In this document: positions 11,825-17,427 of the stretch, piece after piece
How the letters are laid out: every line of letters starts with the position of its first letter
Position numbering within the stretch: position 1 is the stretch's first letter
Assembly (NCBI RefSeq): GCF_003334305.1
Contig: NZ_QOWS01000040.1
Length of the DNA: 17,427 nt
Strand: one strand, 5' to 3'
Origin: Escherichia coli
GTDB taxonomy: Bacteria > Pseudomonadota > Gammaproteobacteria > Enterobacterales > Enterobacteriaceae
Translations under genes and position numbers: made by a program
Notes under the pieces: generated by a model
The model's input: only the letters and a program-made list of their open reading frames with translations
Told to the model about the DNA's origin: nothing
Databases searched by the model: none

Positions 11825-13294
11825 ATGCATATCGATTCGACTGAAAAAAATAATAAACAAAAGTTGGGCTTGCTTGCGCTAACATCCATTGTCGTGAGCT
11901 CGATGATCGGCAGCGGCGTTGACGGACTCCCCCAGAATATGGCGGAGAATTCTGCCGTGGGCCCGGTGGCGATAGCATGGATAGTCTGTGGTATCGGCAT
12001 GTTTTTCATCTCCAGAACTTTTATCGTGCTGTCAAACATTAGACCTGATCTCCAGTCAGGAGTTTATATGTATGCCCGGGAAGGGTTCGGCCGATTTACG
12101 GCATTTAACGTCGCCTGGGGCTACTGGCTGATGACTATATTCAGCAACGTCGCCTTTGCCATTATGGTGATGGATACGCTGAATTATTTCTTACCAGGTG
12201 ATTTCAAGGGAGGGAACAATATTCCTTCCGTTATCGGTGCCTCTTTGCTGATATGGGGATTCAACTTTTTAGTCCTCTCCGGTACCCGCATTGCCGGGTC
12301 GATTAACATCGTCGGCACGCTGGCCAAACTGATCCCGCTGGTGGCCTTTATTATTATTCTCATGCTGTTTATGAAGTACACCACGTTCGCAGATAACGTC
12401 TGGGGGCACAGCGCGAGTAAGGCCAGTCAGGACCTAGGCTCTATTTTCTCACAGGTAACTTCACCGCTTAGCGTGGCACTCTGGAGCTTCATCGGCGTTG
12501 AGGGGGCTGTCGCTCTTTCCGGTCGGGCCAAAAATAAACGCGACGTGGGTAAAGCCACATTAATTGGCTTCGTTGTATCACTGATTATCTGTCTGCTGGT
12601 CTCCATCCTACCGTTTGGCGTGCTGACTCAACATGAGCTCAGCGCAATTCCAACCCCATCCACCGCCGGTATTCTGAAGATTGTTGTCGGTGAATGGGGG
12701 AAGATTATGATTATCTTGGGGGTGCTGATTTCGGTGCTTACCAGCTGGCTGGCGTGGACCATCATCTGCGCCGAACTGCCTATGGTGGCCGCGCAGAACG
12801 GCACATTCCCGAAACCGTTCAGCAAAAAAAATGTGAAGGGTTCGGCCTCGGTTTCGCTTTATATAAGCAGTGCGTTTATGCAAATCGTCGTACTTCTGGT
12901 CTACTTTTCTAACGATGCCTGGCTTGCAATGCTGGCTATCTCTACCCTGACCGTTTTACCTGCGTATTTAATGACCACGGCATACCTGTTTAAACTATGT
13001 ATTAGCGGCGAGTATGCCAGCTATACCACGAATCACAGCCGCAGCGCCGCGCTGGTCAGCAGTATTATCGGCTTTGTATTCTGCCTGTTTATGTTCTACG
13101 CCAGTGAAATCAAATATCTGGCGATGGTTCCGGTGCTGCTTACGCTGGGCGTGCCCCTGTTTATCTGGGCAAGAAAAAAAGACGATCGCGCAGATAAAAT
13201 ATTTACGCTACGCGAACTGGCATTTTTTATTTTACTGCTGGTCCTCGACATCATTGTTTTTATTCTACTGCATTATAAAACGATACATTTTTAG
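11825..13294 (+). CDS. APC-superfamily antiporter, ArcD/YdgI-type (paralogue 1)
   Basis: 489-aa polytopic membrane protein. Motifs shared with E. coli YdgI/ArcD: KLGLLALTSIVVSSMIGSG…LPQNMA, IRPDL…YAREGFG, NVAWGYWLM, LWSFIGVEGAV.LSGRAKNKRDVGKATL. The TM1 motif is GSGVDGLPQN instead of the usual G.GVFSLPQN. A 195-bp AT-rich upstream region separates it from the IS1 end; the RBS is weak (AAGAG). Confidence 0.85.
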   Translation: MHIDSTEKNNKQKLGLLALTSIVVSSMIGSGVDGLPQNMAENSAVGPVAIAWIVCGIGMFFISRTFIVLSNIRPDLQSGVYMYAREGFGRFTAFNVAWGYWLMTIFSNVAFAIMVMDTLNYFLPGDFKGGNNIPSVIGASLLIWGFNFLVLSGTRIAGSINIVGTLAKLIPLVAFIIILMLFMKYTTFADNVWGHSASKASQDLGSIFSQVTSPLSVALWSFIGVEGAVALSGRAKNKRDVGKATLIGFVVSLIICLLVSILPFGVLTQHELSAIPTPSTAGILKIVVGEWGKIMIILGVLISVLTSWLAWTIICAELPMVAAQNGTFPKPFSKKNVKGSASVSLYISSAFMQIVVLLVYFSNDAWLAMLAISTLTVLPAYLMTTAYLFKLCISGEYASYTTNHSRSAALVSSIIGFVFCLFMFYASEIKYLAMVPVLLTLGVPLFIWARKKDDRADKIFTLRELAFFILLLVLDIIVFILLHYKTIHF

Positions 13295-13398
13295 TCCAGA
13301 TTAATTCACAGCAAGTTAAGGTGACGATAATGTCTGTTTCTTGGGCATGACATCCTCACAGTTAAATACTATCTGAACAGTAACAGTGGAGACACCTA

Positions 13399-15768
13399 AT
13401 GAAATTTAACCACAATCTTTTATTTATTTCCTCACAATATCTTGATGGCGACAACCCTTCGCAGCAGGTACTGGAAGAGCTTCAAACCGAACTCGCGGAA
13501 CGCGGTTTTAAAATTCATATCACGCACCAGATCTCTGATGGATTAAAAATCATCGAAAAAAGCCCCCAATACAGCGGGATTGGTTTTTACTGGGAGCCAG
13601 ACAATCCGACCTTTGCAGAAGAGCTACAGCACTTTATCAGCATATTCCGCAAAAGAAATGCCACGACGCCGCTGATAATTTTCTCAGAACAGAATATTAC
13701 CGATCGTATCCCACTCGACGTCTTAAAAGAGGTCAGCGAATATGTTTATCTGTTCTCTGAATCCGCAGCCTTCACTGCCAATCGACTGTACTCCTTAGTC
13801 CACCGCTATGCGGATAAGCTTCTTCCTCCCTACTTTAAAACCCTTAAGGACTTTACCGAGGACGGTGACTATTACTGGGACTGCCCGGGGCATATGGGGG
13901 GAATGGCCTATCTGAAACATCCTGTTGGCATTGAGTTCATTAACTTCTTTGGCGAAAACATGATGCGCGCTGATATTGGCGTGGCTACCGCGGAGATGGG
14001 GGATTATCTGATCCACGCCGGACCGCCTAAAAAATCGGAAGAAATTGCGGCCCGACTGTTTGGCTCTGATTGGACCTTCTACGGTGTTTCCGGCTCATCG
14101 GGGTCGAACCGTATTGTGGCCCAGGCTGCGGTTGGCGCAGATGAAATTGCCATTATTGACCGAAATTGCCACAAGTCACTTAATCATGGCCTGACCTTGT
14201 CTCAGGCAAGGCCGGTTTACCTGAAACCTACCCGCAACGCGTGGGGGCTGATTGGGCCTATCCCGACCGGACGCCTGAAGAAGGCCAGTATTGATGCGCT
14301 GGTGGCAAACAGCCGACTAGCATCTGGTGCGGTCAGCCAGTCCCCGTCCTACGCCGTGGTAACCAACTGCACCTATGATGGCTTCTGTTATAACGTGAAC
14401 GATGTAGTCAGACACCTGGGTGAAAGCGCACCGCGCATCCATTTTGATGAAGCATGGTATGCCTATGCGCGTTTCCATCCGCTATACCAGAGTCGCTATG
14501 CAATGGACGCGGAGGAAACGCCAAATCGTCCAACCCTATTCGCCGTACAGTCCACCCATAAAATGCTGCCCTCACTCTCCATGGCCTCAATGATTCATGT
14601 GAAGAAAAGCGATCGCGCGCCGCTTAATTTCGATGACTTTAACGATGCCTTTATGATGCACGGCACGACCTCACCCTACTACCCGATCATTGCATCAATT
14701 GATGTGGCAGTAAGCATGATGGAGGGTGAATCCGGTTATTCGCTTGTGCAGGAGTCAATTGAAGAAGCGATTGCCTTCCGTAAAGCCGTGGTCAGCGTCA
14801 AGCGCCAGCTCCAGGAGCAGGAAGGTGGTGACGCCTGGTTCTTCGATGTGCTTCAGCCAACCGAAGTGCAGGACAGCGATTCTGGGCAGCGATACAGTTT
14901 TGAAGAGGCACCCGTATCGCTGCTGAGCCACAGCGCCGACTGCTGGTCGCTGCGCTCCGGTGAGCGCTGGCACGGTTTTGCCGATGATGATCTGGTCGAA
15001 ACCAACAGTATGCTCGATCCAGTAAAAGTGACCCTGACTTGTCCAGGGATCGGCCCGAAGGGAGAATACCAGAAAAACGGTATTCCGGGATATTTGCTGA
15101 CCCGTTTTCTCGATGACCGTCGCATTGAAATTGCCCGTACTGGTGACTACACCGTGCTGATCCTGTTCTCCGTCGGCATCACCAAAGGCAAATGGGGAAC
15201 TCTGATTGAAAGCCTGCTGGCCTTTAAAAAGCATTACGACAATGACGATCTGGCCACAGATGCTATCCCGTCGCTGAAAGCGCATTCTCCACACTACGAC
15301 ACGCTAACCCTCAAGGAGCTATGTCAGATAATGCATGAAAAAATGGATGAGCTGGAGCTGATGTCGCATATCAACGACGCGGTAAACACCGATCCGGAAC
15401 CAGTTATGACCCCGGCAGAAGCCTATCAGAAAGTCGTACGCTACAAAACCGAGCATATCCGGCTGGATGATTTTAGCGGCAGAATTGCCGCCAGCATGCT
15501 CGTCCCATATCCCCCAGGCATTCCTGTACTGATGCCGGGCGAACGGATGCCGCAAGGTAACAAGGGCATTATTGGCTATCTGCGCGCCCTGCAGGAATTC
15601 GATAAGCAATTCCCAGGTTTTGAACATGAGATCCAGGGCGTTAACGTCGATGAAAACGGGGACTTCTGGGTCAGAGCGATTGTGGAAGAAGAACGCGATG
15701 GGCAGTCGCTACCCGGCCACATAACCTTTAAACGCCAGGTCTCTGGTATTAAAAAGGGCCGCCAGTAG
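13399..15768 (+). CDS. PLP-dependent Orn/Lys/Arg decarboxylase, fold-type I, AdiA-like (789 aa), substrate unknown
   Basis: Shares blocks with E. coli AdiA and CadA: GSSGSNR, DRNCHKSL, PTRNA, VVTNCTYDG, HFDEAWYAYARF, STHKM (putative PLP lysine, codon at 14560-14562), MMHGTTSPYYPI, DVAVSMMEG, WHGF, MLDPVKVTL, FSVGITKGKWGTL, VPYPPGIPVLMPGE, FPGFEHEIQG. N-terminal wing-like domain present. GGAG RBS 8 nt upstream. About 34 aa longer than AdiA, with a C-terminal extension. Confidence 0.9.
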   Translation: MKFNHNLLFISSQYLDGDNPSQQVLEELQTELAERGFKIHITHQISDGLKIIEKSPQYSGIGFYWEPDNPTFAEELQHFISIFRKRNATTPLIIFSEQNITDRIPLDVLKEVSEYVYLFSESAAFTANRLYSLVHRYADKLLPPYFKTLKDFTEDGDYYWDCPGHMGGMAYLKHPVGIEFINFFGENMMRADIGVATAEMGDYLIHAGPPKKSEEIAARLFGSDWTFYGVSGSSGSNRIVAQAAVGADEIAIIDRNCHKSLNHGLTLSQARPVYLKPTRNAWGLIGPIPTGRLKKASIDALVANSRLASGAVSQSPSYAVVTNCTYDGFCYNVNDVVRHLGESAPRIHFDEAWYAYARFHPLYQSRYAMDAEETPNRPTLFAVQSTHKMLPSLSMASMIHVKKSDRAPLNFDDFNDAFMMHGTTSPYYPIIASIDVAVSMMEGESGYSLVQESIEEAIAFRKAVVSVKRQLQEQEGGDAWFFDVLQPTEVQDSDSGQRYSFEEAPVSLLSHSADCWSLRSGERWHGFADDDLVETNSMLDPVKVTLTCPGIGPKGEYQKNGIPGYLLTRFLDDRRIEIARTGDYTVLILFSVGITKGKWGTLIESLLAFKKHYDNDDLATDAIPSLKAHSPHYDTLTLKELCQIMHEKMDELELMSHINDAVNTDPEPVMTPAEAYQKVVRYKTEHIRLDDFSGRIAASMLVPYPPGIPVLMPGERMPQGNKGIIGYLRALQEFDKQFPGFEHEIQGVNVDENGDFWVRAIVEEERDGQSLPGHITFKRQVSGIKKGRQ

Positions 15769-15786
15769 GCGGGGGAAAGAACAATA

Positions 15787-15812
15787 CCGTCGGATCGCCT
15801 GCAATCCGACGG
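15787..15812 (+). other. Perfect 9-bp hairpin in the decarboxylase-antiporter intergenic region (possible attenuator or transcript-processing/stability element)
   Basis: CCGTCGGAT-cgcctgca-ATCCGACGG, 18 bp after the decarboxylase stop and 30 bp before the second antiporter ATG. No T-run follows, so it is not a classical full terminator. Confidence 0.4.
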
Positions 15813-15842
15813 CAATATTATAGAATAGCTGAGGGAAACGTT

Positions 15843-17342
15843 ATGGCAGAGCAATCTTCAGATGTAAAAAATAGTGACAATAGCGCCGGAGGACATAAGC
15901 TGGGGCTTATATCCCTCATCGCTATTGTCGTTAGCTCCATGCTGGGAGGCGGCGTTTTCAGTCTGCCGCAAAACACGGCGGCCTCTTCTGCACTAGGGCC
16001 AGTAATCATTGCATGGATTATTGCCGGGATCGGTATTTATTTTATCGCAAACTCCTTTCGCGTACTATCAGATCTGCGCCCGGACCTTCAGGCTGGAGTG
16101 TATATGTATGCCCAGGAAGGTTTTGGTTCCTTTATTGGCTTTAACGTCGCCTGGGGCTACTGGCTGATGACCGCATTTGGCAACGTTGCCTTTGCGGTAA
16201 TTTTAATGGATGCTTTTAATCAGTTTATGCCGGGGGTTTTTACGGATGGTAATAATCTGAACTCCATTATCTGCGGCTCAGTGCTGATCTGGGGCTATAA
16301 TTTTCTTGTTCTGTCCGGGACGAAAGTGGCCGGATTTGTTAACACCTTGGGAACCATCGCCAAGCTCGTCCCTCTGATCCTATTCGTATTACTGCTGGGT
16401 GTGCTGATCGATTATTCGGACCTGTTTAAAAATTTTTGGGGAGAATCACCCGCGATCCTCAGTGGCAACGGAAATGACGCCGCACCAGTATCGCTGCTGT
16501 CTCAGATTCTGGCACCGATGACCGTAACGCTCTGGGCCTTTATTGGCGTCGAGGGAGCGGTTGTTCTATCCGGACGTGCCAAAAATAAACAGGACGTAGG
16601 GAAAGCCACACTGATCGGCTTTCTGCTGGCGCTAATTATTTATATGTTAATGTCCATTCTGCCGTTCGGTGTAATGCCTCAGGCAGAACTAGCGCAGGTC
16701 AGTAACCCCTCTACCGCAGGCGTGCTCGCCCACGTTGTCGGTCAGTGGGGCGACTGGCTGATGAGCGCGGGGCTGATTATTTCTGTTCTGGCCGGCTGGC
16801 TTGCCTGGACCATGCTATGCGCTGAAATACCGATGGTAGCAGGACAGAAAGGCGCTTTCCCGCGCGCGTTTGCCCGAACGAACAGTAAACAGGCGGCCAA
16901 TGTGTCACTGTGGGTTAGTAGCTTTGTGATGCAGGCGGCCATGTTACTTGTTTATTTTTCAAATAATGCTTGGACCACCATGTATAATATCAGTGCGCTG
17001 ATGGTTGTTCCGGCCTATATTACCACCACGCTGTATCTGACCAGTATTTGCAGAAACGGAAAATATGATCAGTATGCAAAAAAAGGCCGCAGGCTGGCTT
17101 TGTCCAGCGGTGTTTTAGGCTCGCTATTCTGTCTGTTTATTCTTTACGCCAGCCAGATTGAGTATGTTGCATTAATTCCTATCCTGTTGACCTGTGGTCT
17201 GCCGGTCTTTATCTGGTCAAGAAAAGAAAAAAATGATGGTCAGCCGATATTTACCAAAAAAGAGCTGATTTATCTGATTATGCTGTTGCTGTGCGATATT
17301 ATCGTCGTTGCCCTGTTTATTGGTGGATATTTAAAGGTATAA
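15843..17342 (+). CDS. APC-superfamily antiporter, ArcD/YdgI-type (paralogue 2)
   Basis: 499-aa polytopic membrane protein with the canonical TM1 motif SSMLGGGVFSLPQNTA and FIGVEGAVVLSGRAKNKQDVGKATL. Roughly 55-60% identical to paralogue 1 by eye. GAGGGA RBS upstream. Confidence 0.9.
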   Translation: MAEQSSDVKNSDNSAGGHKLGLISLIAIVVSSMLGGGVFSLPQNTAASSALGPVIIAWIIAGIGIYFIANSFRVLSDLRPDLQAGVYMYAQEGFGSFIGFNVAWGYWLMTAFGNVAFAVILMDAFNQFMPGVFTDGNNLNSIICGSVLIWGYNFLVLSGTKVAGFVNTLGTIAKLVPLILFVLLLGVLIDYSDLFKNFWGESPAILSGNGNDAAPVSLLSQILAPMTVTLWAFIGVEGAVVLSGRAKNKQDVGKATLIGFLLALIIYMLMSILPFGVMPQAELAQVSNPSTAGVLAHVVGQWGDWLMSAGLIISVLAGWLAWTMLCAEIPMVAGQKGAFPRAFARTNSKQAANVSLWVSSFVMQAAMLLVYFSNNAWTTMYNISALMVVPAYITTTLYLTSICRNGKYDQYAKKGRRLALSSGVLGSLFCLFILYASQIEYVALIPILLTCGLPVFIWSRKEKNDGQPIFTKKELIYLIMLLLCDIIVVALFIGGYLKV

Positions 17343-17372
17343 GTCCGAGTTAAATCTTTACTGGGCTAGCAA

Positions 17373-17404
17373 TGCCGCCTTTTAAACAAGAAGGGCGGCA
17401 ATCT
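17373..17404 (+). terminator. Possible terminator hairpin after the second antiporter gene
   Basis: TGCCGCC-(14-nt loop)-GGCGGCA inverted repeat about 30 bp after the stop. Weak T-tract (aatctt), so confidence is low. Confidence 0.25.
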
Positions 17405-17427
17405 TACTGAAATTAGTATGCTGCAAA

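Noticed and set aside
14755-15294. 179-aa antisense ORF inside the decarboxylase gene
   Set aside because: Wholly contained in the strongly supported decarboxylase CDS on the opposite strand, with no RBS or recognisable domain.

Overview
The window has three parts. (1) Positions 172-7866 hold a complete ferric-citrate uptake operon, fecIRABCDE, on the + strand, with overlapping start/stop junctions, a Fur-box-like site upstream of fecI and a GC hairpin plus T-run between fecA and fecB. The proteins match E. coli Fec proteins as I recall them. (2) Positions 7781-11629 are an IS-scarred junction on the - strand: an orphan segment, an IS911-like IS3-family element whose orfA/orfB frameshift site and orfB both look broken, the 5' remnant of an acuI/yhdH-like oxidoreductase cut off at the IS911 end, and a divergent IS1-family element whose A6C frameshift motif is intact but whose insB appears frameshifted near its 3' end. 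(3) Positions 11825-17342 hold the most interesting feature: three co-directional genes encoding an ArcD/YdgI-type APC antiporter, a 789-aa AdiA-like PLP-dependent decarboxylase, and a second paralogous ArcD-type antiporter. Known enterobacterial arginine, lysine and ornithine decarboxylase systems pair the enzyme with one AdiC/CadB/PotE-type antiporter, so this is a candidate undescribed decarboxylation-antiport module; substrate and function are unknown. No rRNA, tRNA or CRISPR array was seen. All family assignments come from reading the translations and recalled reference sequences, not from searches, and IS ends are good to about +/-3 bp.
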